DNA of 64,000 nucleotides from Candidatus Latescibacterota bacterium (GCA_965207885.1 OZ242311.1:1824001-1888000), one strand, 5' to 3'. Shown: positions 49,779 to 59,698, counted from the first letter of the stretch. The notes: a model not told the origin generated them from the letters alone. Translations and numbers: made by a program.

Positions 49779-51410
49779 ATGAACGGCATTGAATATATCG
49801 CTCGCATATTGAAGCAAGAAGGCGTCGAATGGATCTCCTGTTATCCCAGCAATCCCCTGATCGAGGCCGCAGCCCAAGAAAGCATTCGTCCAATCGCATT
49901 TCGGCATGAACGCGGGGCAGTCATGGCCGCAGACGGCTTTAGCCGCACCAGCAACCGACAGCGATTTGGCGTCGTAGCAATACAGGCACAAGCAGGTGCC
50001 GAAAACGCAATGGGTGGCATCGCCCAGGCTTATGCCGACAACGTCCCAATTCTGGTCCTCCCAGGCGGCGTAAGACTGAATCAAATCGCAGTCCGTCCCA
50101 ATTTTTCCGCAACCCACACCTATCGCGGATGGGTCAAACGCGTTGAAGCGATCTATCGACCAGAAGATGTCGGCACCGTAATGCGGCGCGCATTCCACGC
50201 GCTTCGCAATGGTATTTCGGGTCCAGTCGTAGTCGAAATGACCTCCGACGTCTGCGCAGAGGAAATACCCGCCGACGCGCAAAATTATCACTCGCCAAAA
50301 CGCGCACAACAGGTGCCCTCGTCCGGAGACATCAAAGATGCCGTCACAGCACTACTCGCCGCAAAAAACCCCGTAATCTGGGCGGGACACGGGGTCGTAT
50401 TTGCCGGTGCAACAGATGAAATAGAAGAACTGGCCGACCTGACCGCCACACCCGTATTCTGCACCATGCCCGGCAAATCGGCCTTTGACGAACGCCATCC
50501 ACTCGCCCTCGGCGCTGGCAGCGGCGCAACCACGGGACCTGTACACCACTGGCTCAAAAATTGCGACGTACTCCTCGCACTCGGATCCAGTTTAACCCGC
50601 ACCTCTTATGCCCAATCCGTCCCCCCCGCCAAAGTACTCATCCAAAACACCGATAACCCAGATGACATCAACAAAGACGAAGCCGTAGATATCGGATTGA
50701 TCGGCGATGTCAAACTCACCCTGCAAGCGATCATAGACGAAGTAAAAGCGCAAATCGGCGAACCCAGAAATTCTGATCAGATCGCCGCCGAAATCGCACA
50801 TGCCAAAAAGCAATGGCTCGACACCTGGACACCCTTGCTAACCTCAAATGAAGAACCCCTCAACCCCTATCGCGTCATCAACGAAATCAACAACACACTC
50901 GACCGCGAAAACAGCATTGTCACACACGACGCCGGTGCCCCCCGCGACTCAATCGTGCCATTTTACACCGCAACCACGCCCCACAGCTACATCGGCTGGG
51001 GCAAAACAACCCACCTCGGTTTCGGCATCCCACTGATGATCGGCGCCAAACTCGCCCACCCCGACAAATTCTGTCTCAACATGATGGGAGATGGCGCCTT
51101 CGGCATGTCCGGCCTGGACATCGAAACATCTGCCCGTGCAGGCATTCCCATTACAACCGTACTTTTGAACAACGGGGGCATGGCGACCTATCCCGGTGGC
51201 TTTCCCACGGCACGCGAACGCTATGGCGTCTCCAATATGCAGGGCAACTACGCCCAAATTGCCGAAGGCATGGGTGCTGTGGGCATCACCGTCAAAAAAG
51301 TGGGCGAAATGCGCCCCGCATTACAAGAAGCACAGTGCTTAAACGCCGATGGCAAAACCGTGCTTATCGATGTGCATACCAGCATGGAGAGCAAACAATC
51401 GCGGTTTTGA
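49779..51410 (+). CDS. Thiamine-diphosphate-dependent enzyme (acetolactate synthase-like fold)
   Basis: RHE..A..AADG, GPV, GDGAF...LLNNG ThDP motif. Confidence 0.92.
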   Translation: MNGIEYIARILKQEGVEWISCYPSNPLIEAAAQESIRPIAFRHERGAVMAADGFSRTSNRQRFGVVAIQAQAGAENAMGGIAQAYADNVPILVLPGGVRLNQIAVRPNFSATHTYRGWVKRVEAIYRPEDVGTVMRRAFHALRNGISGPVVVEMTSDVCAEEIPADAQNYHSPKRAQQVPSSGDIKDAVTALLAAKNPVIWAGHGVVFAGATDEIEELADLTATPVFCTMPGKSAFDERHPLALGAGSGATTGPVHHWLKNCDVLLALGSSLTRTSYAQSVPPAKVLIQNTDNPDDINKDEAVDIGLIGDVKLTLQAIIDEVKAQIGEPRNSDQIAAEIAHAKKQWLDTWTPLLTSNEEPLNPYRVINEINNTLDRENSIVTHDAGAPRDSIVPFYTATTPHSYIGWGKTTHLGFGIPLMIGAKLAHPDKFCLNMMGDGAFGMSGLDIETSARAGIPITTVLLNNGGMATYPGGFPTARERYGVSNMQGNYAQIAEGMGAVGITVKKVGEMRPALQEAQCLNADGKTVLIDVHTSMESKQSRF

Positions 51411-51486
51411 TCACTGGCGAAACATTTAGCAGTATAAACCAAAAAACCACGCCCAAAGGACGTGGTTTTTTAGTTAGTAGAAGATG
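51292..51486 (+). repeat. TPP-gene 3' end plus terminator, copy 1 (native)
   Basis: Codes KKVGEMRP...ESKQSRF* followed by hairpin aaaaaaccacg-cccaaagga-cgtggtttttt (51441-51471). Confidence 0.95.
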
Positions 51487-51640
51487 CAATTTTAGAGATG
51501 AGGAATCAAGCCCAAGCGACTGAGCTTTTAGGTATCTCAAGAATGATGCGAAATAGGTTTGCTATTCCCGCTTCGTCCTCAAGGTGCATGCGAATAAAAT
51601 TGAATCCGCTTTCCCGCTTCAGGATAGATAGGCGGTCTTC

Positions 51641-51910
51641 TCAGATATCCAATTGGTCCCAATCTGGAGGCGTTTGGCTGGGAATTTGTTTGCTCATAAC
51701 AGCGTCAAACGCCTCCAGAATTTCTCGTTTATCTTTACCGGCATATTGGTTTTGAAAAAAGGCTGTGGTTTCAAGCTCGGCAATTTCGCGCGCAAAAGCA
51801 TAAATCGCAAACTGATTCATAGACACGCCCTGTTTTTCCGCTGTCTTTTCTATTCTCTCTTTGAGGTCCTTCGGCACGCGAATGGTCAGTACGTGACTCT
51901 TTTTATGCAT
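51641..51910 (-). CDS. RHH/HicB-like antitoxin
   Basis: LTIRVPKDLK..IE..AEKQGVSMNQF ribbon-helix-helix pattern; overlaps toxin stop. Confidence 0.85.
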   Translation of the reverse strand: MHKKSHVLTIRVPKDLKERIEKTAEKQGVSMNQFAIYAFAREIAELETTAFFQNQYAGKDKREILEAFDAVMSKQIPSQTPPDWDQLDI

Positions 51911-52340
51911 AACGTTGTCTCCAATATCGAGCAAATTGAGCTGGCGTAATGATGTCGAACTGGTCAAATATCAATTCCGTTCCTTTTGTAAAATCATTGA
52001 CATTTTGAGTAATGATATATCGCGCATTGCTTGCGAAAGCCAGATCAATGAACATATTATCGTTCTCATCGCGAAGATTTGGTCGCATAAGAAAGTGGAT
52101 GGGGATAGGCTTGCCAATATACGCGATAAATCGAAGAACCGATTCTATCTCCTCGCGCGTTCGTTTGAGGTCCCGAAGTGTGTTTGGGCGCAACAGAACA
52201 TCTGAATATTCTAAAAAGACAGGGATTGATAGGGGCAAATCGAGGCGATAAGCGCGAATGAGTTGTAAAATATAATTTGATGCTCCTGCGATATTTCGCA
52301 GTGCCTGATAGAGTACATTGGTATCCATTACAATTCTCAT
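51903..52340 (-). CDS. PIN-domain toxin
   Basis: IVMDTNV, EY, LRD.ND.MF, A, IIT.N..DF, TP. Confidence 0.9.
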   Translation of the reverse strand: MRIVMDTNVLYQALRNIAGASNYILQLIRAYRLDLPLSIPVFLEYSDVLLRPNTLRDLKRTREEIESVLRFIAYIGKPIPIHFLMRPNLRDENDNMFIDLAFASNARYIITQNVNDFTKGTELIFDQFDIITPAQFARYWRQRYA

Positions 52341-52346
52341 GCTAAA

Positions 52347-52375
52347 ATGATAGTATATATGCTATCAAGTGTCAA
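52347..52375 (-). promoter_or_regulatory. Sigma70-type promoter with overlapping palindromic operator
   Basis: TTGACA-N17-TATCAT on minus strand, 6 nt before the toxin ATG; TGATAG-N8-CTATCA at 52348-52367. Confidence 0.75.
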
Positions 52376-52421
52376 GAATATATTGTGATGGACAGATATA
52401 CGCGGATGGACCTACTTTGCC

Positions 52422-52584
52422 AATGCGCCCTGCATTACAAGAAGCACAGCACTTAAATGCCGATGGCAAAACCGTGCTGATTGATGTGCATACCAGTATG
52501 GAGAGCAAACAATCGCGGTTTTGATCCCCATCGAAAACATTAGCATCATAAATAAAAAACCACGCCCAAAGGACGTGGTTTTTT
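52422..52584 (+). repeat. TPP-gene 3' end plus terminator, copy 2
   Basis: Codes MRPALQEAQHLNADGK...SRF*; about 7 mismatches in 103 coding bp vs copy 1; same hairpin. Confidence 0.95.
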
Positions 52585-52586
52585 GG

Positions 52587-55064
52587 TTAAGGAACTGATG
52601 GTGCCACTACATTGAACACAGCCCGTCGCCTCACACGTTGTCCTGAATTTAAATCATCAATGGCTACTTCCACCATCTTGAGACCAGGCTTTAGAGAACC
52701 GGTCTCCAATGCGAAGAAAACAGGTTCTTCTGTCGCATTCACATTCCGTTCATAGCTAATAGTATATTCCGGTTCTTGCGCGCCAGCAAACAACCGTCTC
52801 AATCCACCGATTACCACACTTGCTACCGTCGAGCTTCCTGCCACATTGGGGTGAATGGTATAGGTCACCCGATATTTCGCCTGACCAAACGCATCCAACT
52901 TCAGGTTGTACACTTCGTAGTACAAGTTTGCATCTTTATGTAGATTAAAACTCCTTGTAGGAGAGGGTATCACCACAAGCTCACCTTTTACAAACTTTGA
53001 GGTCTGTGAGGTCTGTGAGGTATCAGATATATTATAGGCCATTTCGATTTCACTGACGGCCAATGAATCTTCAAATGATGGGATTTCCACCTCCTGGCGA
53101 TACATACCCCACCGGCCAGATACGCGATCTGCTAACTTTACACCCAGGGTATAATGGCCAGGCGGAACATCCAGAGAGGCCAATTCTACGAATAATCCCC
53201 TGTCTTGATTCTTTGCCACCTCACCTTCAAAGACAAGCTCATCCCTTTTGCGATAGATTGAGTCTCCTTCAGCATCAGCCAGAACAAGGGTTCTTTCTAT
53301 CGTCATACGAACAACCTGATCATCTACATTTTCTAAACGAATTTGCTCTGGCGGAATACCAAAATAAACTTCCAGTAAAGATCGTTCATTTTCTCCGCGA
53401 AAGCTCACTGTATCATAATAAAATTCTAATAACTTAACACCTGGCGGAACATCAAAATACTCAGGCAACTCCGAAACAGTTTGCATGAGTTGGTATGAAG
53501 GAGAATTCAAAGAGGCATGCATTCCCAAAGACGCATGCCAAATCGTATTTGGTTGAAGCGGAAAATCCCAACTGCCACTCATATATCGATCAGTAAATAC
53601 AAACTCCAATCCATCACCGATATTCAGATAGACCCAGGATTCCCAGGGCACCATAGTTGCCCCTTCAGGAGAACGATCAATCGGAACAACAGGCTCGATA
53701 CCTCGATATAGTCCTGGAGGAATATTGAGGTGAACTGTTCCATAGACCCCTTTAACTTCCCATAACCACTCGCTCAGAGGTATTTGATCTAAGCCAACTT
53801 CAATTTCAACTCCCTTATCCTCATAAGCAATCCGTGTCCGTGCGCTTAACTTACGTGGATCTTTTACAGAAACTCCGAACATTGATGGCGTTCCAGGTGT
53901 CCACGATTGACCCGGCATCACCCGGGGCAATAAATATCGACTCTGTTCTTGTGCTTTATATTGGAAAGAGCGACCAAACAATTCATCTATCTTTCGCATC
54001 TTAAAATTCTGAACCGCCACACCTGGTATCGGATTTTCTCTCCCAGACCTGGACCTGTAATCAGGCTCTCCATACCGAATATAGACCTCACCGCGTCTAT
54101 CCCACGGCTGATCCTTGCGACCAAAGAATGTACGCGCATACCACACACGACGATAATGTTCCATCTGCCGGGCATCTCCGCCCAACATCAAAGCACCCTC
54201 CCGACTTTCCCAAAAGCGGGTTAAAAAATCTTCGCGCTCATCCTCTGATATGGATTTCAGTGCCTCCAGTTCAGCATTCGTAGCGATAAGCGATAGATCA
54301 TGGTAATAGGCACGCTCATCCTCAGAAACACCTTGCAAATATTCTTCAAATATGATCAAGCTACGCTCTGCATCACCTCGCGAAGCGTACCCCTGCGCTA
54401 TCAATGGCATCCATCTCATATCATCTGAAAAACGCGCTTTTACTTCAGCACTTATCTTCAGGACTTCATCGTAGCGATGGTTTTCAAGATGCGATAAAGT
54501 CAGGTGATAATATCCCATCGGATCGTTTGGAAAGCGGGCGATGTATTGTGTGCAGACGTCTATTAGCTCCTGTTCATAATTTAGCTGCGCTTGCTCATAC
54601 CATAAAATTAATTCGCGATACGCCGGGGCATAGTTTGGATCCATTTCGATAACTCGGCACAATGCTTTCTCTGCATCCATGTTACGGGATCTTACGTGCA
54701 ATAGTGCAATCTGCATTTGGGCTTCGAGATATGCAGGATCTACGCCTAAAGCTTGACGAAAAGCGACAAATGCCTTTTGAGCCCTTTTTTCCATAAGTGC
54801 ATAAGCTTTTCCTAAACCGGTATATGCCTCAGCGGACTTTGTATATCGCACACCTTTTTCGAAAGCGTTCTGAGCATCTGTTAATCGCTCTTCACTCAGA
54901 TATAGGTAACCGAGCTTTATCCATGCATCGCCATTTTTGGGTTCTTGTTTTACCACACGCTCCATGACATGCAAAGAATCGATTTCACTCGCATGCGTTC
55001 TTATCCCAAAAATCAATATCCAGGACAAACACAGCACACAACGAATATAGCTATGATTAGACAT
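52587..55064 (-). CDS. Secreted TPR plus GWxTD-like domain protein
   Basis: Signal-peptide-like N-terminus, TPR helices, FW...EHYRRV.YA...WDRRGEVYIRYGEPD, E.W.Y...F.F.D, C-terminal beta domains. Confidence 0.8.
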   Translation of the reverse strand: MSNHSYIRCVLCLSWILIFGIRTHASEIDSLHVMERVVKQEPKNGDAWIKLGYLYLSEERLTDAQNAFEKGVRYTKSAEAYTGLGKAYALMEKRAQKAFVAFRQALGVDPAYLEAQMQIALLHVRSRNMDAEKALCRVIEMDPNYAPAYRELILWYEQAQLNYEQELIDVCTQYIARFPNDPMGYYHLTLSHLENHRYDEVLKISAEVKARFSDDMRWMPLIAQGYASRGDAERSLIIFEEYLQGVSEDERAYYHDLSLIATNAELEALKSISEDEREDFLTRFWESREGALMLGGDARQMEHYRRVWYARTFFGRKDQPWDRRGEVYIRYGEPDYRSRSGRENPIPGVAVQNFKMRKIDELFGRSFQYKAQEQSRYLLPRVMPGQSWTPGTPSMFGVSVKDPRKLSARTRIAYEDKGVEIEVGLDQIPLSEWLWEVKGVYGTVHLNIPPGLYRGIEPVVPIDRSPEGATMVPWESWVYLNIGDGLEFVFTDRYMSGSWDFPLQPNTIWHASLGMHASLNSPSYQLMQTVSELPEYFDVPPGVKLLEFYYDTVSFRGENERSLLEVYFGIPPEQIRLENVDDQVVRMTIERTLVLADAEGDSIYRKRDELVFEGEVAKNQDRGLFVELASLDVPPGHYTLGVKLADRVSGRWGMYRQEVEIPSFEDSLAVSEIEMAYNISDTSQTSQTSKFVKGELVVIPSPTRSFNLHKDANLYYEVYNLKLDAFGQAKYRVTYTIHPNVAGSSTVASVVIGGLRRLFAGAQEPEYTISYERNVNATEEPVFFALETGSLKPGLKMVEVAIDDLNSGQRVRRRAVFNVVAPSVP

Positions 55065-55259
55065 GACATATCACCTCGGGTAGTGTCGGCACTTGATCAA
55101 GGTGGTCTTGACGTATATAAATCAAAGAGGTCCGCTTGCCAAACGTTAGAGATACATTTTAATAGAAAATAACGACCCGGATTTAGATTTAAAGGGAATG
55201 AAATCACGGATCTTCATCTTCTGAATTGAAACCAGAGTGAAAGACTCTTAAATTTCAAT

Positions 55260-56515
55260 TGGAGTTACCCCGCTTTGGTGGAGAGTTTAGGGCTTGTGTA
55301 TCAAGCCTGTGATTGATGCAGTTTTTCATAAGCTATCGGTGCATGGTAAGCAATGGAAGAGTGCCTGCGATGCGGATTATACCACCCTTCAATGTAGGAG
55401 AAGATAGCCAACCGAGCCTCTTTATGCGTACGGAAGGATCGGCGATTGATCAGTTCACACTCCAAGGTGGCGAAAAAGCTCTCGCACAGTGCGTTGTCAT
55501 AGCAGTCGCCAGCAGCTCCCATTGAGGGACGTACGCCAGCCTCCTGACAACGCTTTCCAAATGCTATGGAGGTATATTGCGCCCCCTGGTCAGAGTGATG
55601 GATCACGTCTTCGGGTCGGCGCTGGTAAAGTGCCATATTTAAAGCCGATAAGACCAACTCACTTTGCAAGTGGCTCGCCATTGCCCAGCCCACAACGCGG
55701 CGGGAGAAGGCATCTACGACAACAGAGAGATACAAAAATCCAGACCAAGTGGGTACATAGGTGATGTCGGCCACCCAGAGTTTATTGACCGTTGCCACAG
55801 TGAAGTCGCGCTTTATCAGATCGGGAGCCTTGACAGCCTGATGCGTTTTACGGGTCGTTGTGGTGCTCTTTCTGCGGCTGATGCCACAAATGGTCATCTC
55901 TCGCATGAGACGCGCCACACGCTTCTTGCCTACTCGGATACCCATATCCATCAGGTCTTTCCAGATGCGAGGGGCACCATAAGTGCTATCTGATCGGGTG
56001 TGAAAGGCTTTGATATGTTCCTTCAACTGTGTATCAACCTTTGCGCGTTTAGAGGGTGGACGTGTTCGCCAGGCATAATACCCGCTGAGGGAAACACCCA
56101 GGACTCGGCATTGCGTGGCGATTGGCCAAAGTGCCTGGTACGCTTTTACGAACGCGAAGATTTTCTGGGGTTCGCGTCGGTCTCCGCTGCGAACCAGGCC
56201 GCTGCTTTTGACAATATCTCGCGCTCGATGCGCAACTGCTTGTTCTCACGTCGAAGACGACGCAACTCTTCTCGCTCAGAACTGGTCAGACCATCTTCTC
56301 GAAGGCCCTCATCTCGATCAGCCTGACGTATCCAGTTTTGGATGGTCTGAGCGGTCGGCTCAAACTCTCTGGCCAATTCTGCAGGACTGCGACCAGCGCG
56401 CACAAGCTCGATGATTTGGCGCTTCAACTCGGCTGGATAAGGTGGACGTGTCGGTGGCATAGTGGGTCTCCTTTCTAACTACTCATAAGGTACCCACCGA
56501 AACGGGTCAAGTCCA
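55260..56515 (-). mobile_element. IS3-family element 1 (orfA 56146-56460, orfB in shifted frame to 55301)
   Basis: TG...CA ends (tggagttaccccg / cgggtcaagtcca), orfA HTH plus zipper, orfB WVADITY, HHSDQG, DNA..ESFF; no target duplication seen. Confidence 0.93.
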
Positions 56516-56667
56516 TCCTCATATATCACATTACTTTAGCAATCATTATATTATGATGAATTTAAATTTAACAATCGTTATACTTTACTATAATGCGTAC
56601 GATCCAAGATTTTTTCAACCTTTTTTTACCCGTAGCACATTCTGTTCAGTCGTATTTTTCAGACTTA

Positions 56668-56860
56668 TCAAAAAAGTGGGCGAAATGCGCCCCACACTAC
56701 AAGAAGCACAGCGACTAAACGCCGATGGCAAAACCGTGCTGATCGATGTGCATACCAGTATGGAGAGCAAACAATCTCGGTTTTAAGCCCCGTCGAAAAC
56801 ATTAGCTGTATAAACCAAAAAACCACGCCCGAAGGACGTGGTTTTTTTTGGTAGAAGATG
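56668..56860 (+). repeat. TPP-gene 3' end plus terminator, copy 3
   Basis: Codes KKVGEMRPTLQEAQRL...SRF*; about 9 mismatches in 119 coding bp vs copy 1; hairpin and downstream gtagaagatg shared. Confidence 0.95.
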
Positions 56861-56876
56861 ACCGGGAGTTGACCAA

Positions 56877-58412
56877 TCATTCAGGCTGCTTTTTTTGATA
56901 TTTATTCAATCTTGTGTTTAGAGTATCTATAGTCACCTTGTCCTTAAGTTCGGATTTCATTGCATAGTCCCTCAATCTTGTGTTTAGAGTATCTATAGTC
57001 ACCTTGTCCTTAAGTTCGGATTTCATTGCATAGTCCCTCAATCTTGTGTTTAGAGTATCTATAGTCACCTTGTCCTTAAGTTTTTCATTAACTTCATCCA
57101 TCTTTGCATAGTAATTCAATGTATCTGTAACTGCTTTAGCGATGTATTTTTTGTGCTCTTCTATTTTGCTTTTAAGAATAGAATCGATCTGAGTTGAGAA
57201 AACAGTTACTTTCTCATTAGTGAGCTTTTCTACATCTTCGTTCCAGTTCACCAGCATATTCATGGCCATTTCGTACCCACTAACAATATTCTGTGTTTTA
57301 CTATCCATTTCTTCTTTCATTTCCCTTGCTTTGATATCCACTTCTTTCTCCATTGCCCCTACTTTGCTATCCATCTCCTTTACTTTACTATCCATTTCTT
57401 TCTCCATTGCTCTTACTTTGCTATCTACCTCCTTTACTTTACCATCCATTTCTTTGTCTATTTCCTCTGCTTTAATACGCATTTGATCTACGTTATTTGC
57501 GGTGTCTTCAATATTCAATAGGGATATGTAGCCAAATAGGCCGACTAAGCCACCAAAGAGCGCAAGCGTAGTTGTGAAAACAGTTATTCGTTGTTGTATT
57601 CGATCCATCATTCTACGCTCGAGTTTCAGTTCTTTTAGAGCGTCAAGAGAAGAATTTTTTGTTGGTTGTAGCTCTTGTTCAGCACTACTTTCATCACCCT
57701 TTTTATTTACCTTTATTGATTCTTGCTCAGATCTGTTAAAAAAATTATAACGTATGATAATTATTGCCAAGAGTGCTGCAGCTCCAAGTGCTGTAACCCA
57801 GTCTTGTAGAGACCGTTTTGCTTCTACTAACCCCAAAATTCCAATTAAAATCAAAAAAACAGCGGCAAAAGCTGGAAAACCATCCTTGAGTGATGGCCAT
57901 TTTCTATTCAATAAAGATATATAAACTATCGCAATTCCCACTCCCATACATAGTATAGATATCAAGAAAGGAATCAACATAATTATTAGATCGTTGAATT
58001 TTTTTACTGCACTTGAGTCTATATGGTTCCTTAAAGAATCTTCCACAGTATCCAGTTGTTTTGAAAATCCGTCTGTTGATGTTTCAATACGAGTTGGTGT
58101 GGATGTTAATTTACCACTTTCCACTTCTTCACCATTTACGATAGTTACGCCAGAAAGCATTACCAGAGGAATCAAAAAAAGACCTATTACCATATACAAC
58201 TTCGCGGTCTTTGCTTTTTTATTAAAGATAAGATTTCTTGAGGAGTCTCGAAAATTGATGTTAGAAAATATGATAAATGCAATAAAAAGCAGACCAAATA
58301 GCACGGCTTGCATAATTCCAATATTGTTCTTGACAATACTGTAATCATAAATAAGCCATGCTATTATAAGGCATATTGTTCCAAGAATTAAAAGTGTGGA
58401 TATTTTATTCAT
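56877..58412 (-). CDS. AT-rich multi-TM protein with coiled-coil repeat C-terminus
   Basis: About 7 hydrophobic segments, then KEMDSKV-type repeats and 22-aa tandem repeats. Confidence 0.75.
   Translation of the reverse strand: MNKISTLLILGTICLIIAWLIYDYSIVKNNIGIMQAVLFGLLFIAFIIFSNINFRDSSRNLIFNKKAKTAKLYMVIGLFLIPLVMLSGVTIVNGEEVESGKLTSTPTRIETSTDGFSKQLDTVEDSLRNHIDSSAVKKFNDLIIMLIPFLISILCMGVGIAIVYISLLNRKWPSLKDGFPAFAAVFLILIGILGLVEAKRSLQDWVTALGAAALLAIIIIRYNFFNRSEQESIKVNKKGDESSAEQELQPTKNSSLDALKELKLERRMMDRIQQRITVFTTTLALFGGLVGLFGYISLLNIEDTANNVDQMRIKAEEIDKEMDGKVKEVDSKVRAMEKEMDSKVKEMDSKVGAMEKEVDIKAREMKEEMDSKTQNIVSGYEMAMNMLVNWNEDVEKLTNEKVTVFSTQIDSILKSKIEEHKKYIAKAVTDTLNYYAKMDEVNEKLKDKVTIDTLNTRLRDYAMKSELKDKVTIDTLNTRLRDYAMKSELKDKVTIDTLNTRLNKYQKKQPE
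56906..57082 (-). repeat. 66-bp perfect tandem repeat, about 2.7 copies
   Basis: Units start at 56906, 56972, 57038; encode LKDKVTIDTLNTRLRDYAMKSE. Confidence 0.95.
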
Positions 58413-58442
58413 AACATTCTACTTTCTGTAGGGCGAGATATT

Positions 58443-59695
58443 TGGACTTGACCCGTTTTAGTGGACAACTTATCTCTTTCAGAGAAAGGAGTCCGCAATG
58501 GGAAGAAAAAGATCATATCCATCAGCATTTCGCCAGCAAATGGTCGCGCTGGTCAGATCAGGCCGTAGTGCCAGCGATTTGGCCAAAGAGTTTGAGCCGA
58601 CCGCTCAGACGATCAGTGCCTGGGTGCGTCAAGCAGACCGCGATGAAGGCCGTCGGGACGATGGGTTGACCAGTCGTGAGCGAGAAGAACTTCAGCGGCT
58701 TCGCAAAGAAAATAAACGCTTGCGTCAAGAGCGTGAGATCCTTGCAAAAGCCGCGGCCTGGTTCGCAGCGGAGACCGATGCGATACCCCCAAAATCTTCA
58801 GATACATAAAGGCGCATCAGGCCATCCATCCGATCACCATGCTATGCCGCGTGCTGGGTGTCTCCACCAGTGGGTATTATGCCTGGTGTAATAGACCTTT
58901 ATCTAAACGGGCAAAGGACGATGAAAAGTTAACAGAACAAATAAGCACCTTTCATCAGCGTTCTAATGGAACCTATGGCGCACCGCGTATCTTTCAGGAT
59001 CTGCGCGAAGTAGGTGTCCACATCAGCAAGAAACGGGTCGCAAGACTGATGCGACAAGCCAATATATGTGGTGTGAGCCGAAGAAAAGGTATCCTGACTA
59101 CATACCGGTCTATCACAGACGAGAAAGCCCCTGATCTGGTTAAGCGAGACTTTAGGGTTGATAAGCCCAACAAGCTGTGGGTCGCTGATATTACCTACAT
59201 AAAAACCTGGTCTGGCTTTTTGTATCTCTCTGTTGTTCTCGACGCCTTCTCCAGACGCGTAGTTGGTTGGGCAATGGCCTCGCATCTGAAGACCCAACTG
59301 GTCTTAGATGCCTTGGATATGGCACTTTGGAACCGACGACCAGATGGGGTCATCCATCATTCAGATCAAGGCGCTCAATATACCTCTTATGCCTTTGGTC
59401 AACGCTGTGCAAGAATGGGGGTCAAACCCTCTGTCGGATCGGTTGGCGATTGCTTTGACAATGCCTTGTGTGAAAGCTTCTTTGCTACCCTTGAATGCGA
59501 GTTGATAGACCGGCATAGCTTCCCCAATCATAATCAGGCCAAACTGTCTATCTTCGAGTATATTGAAGGGTGGTATAACCCACACCGCAGACACTCTGCG
59601 ATCAGGTACCAATCGCCCATCACCTATGAAAAACTGATGGCAAAAGGTGACGGGGTTGAAAGTTCTACACTATCCACTAAAACGGGGTAACTCCA
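58443..59695 (+). mobile_element. IS3-family element 2 (orfA 58498-58809, orfB to 59690)
   Basis: Ends tggacttgacccgttttagtgga / tccactaaaacggggtaactcca, 3-bp duplication att on both sides, DDE motifs intact. Confidence 0.95.
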
Positions 59696-59698
59696 ATT

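Noticed and set aside
15644-51257. Numerous long alternative-frame and antisense ORFs
   Set aside because: They overlap well-supported genes, have P/R/T/V/G-biased composition and arise from the strong codon skew.
49779-51410. Calling the TPP enzyme ilvB or xsc
   Set aside because: Only fold-level motifs are visible; no ilvN or pta neighbour.
51507-51640. Open frame continuing past the antitoxin TGA (EDRLSILKRESGFNF...AWA*)
   Set aside because: No start or recoding signal; most likely a remnant of a displaced gene, not readthrough.
56553-56786. 77-aa ORF ending in the TPP C-terminus
   Set aside because: Chance fusion of AT-rich sequence to tail copy 3; not a credible gene.
51292-56860. TPP tail copies as DGR template/variable repeats
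   Set aside because: Differences are not adenine-specific, are mostly synonymous, and no reverse transcriptase is present.
56906-57082. 66-bp repeats as a CRISPR array
   Set aside because: Contiguous in-frame coding repeats with no unique spacers.
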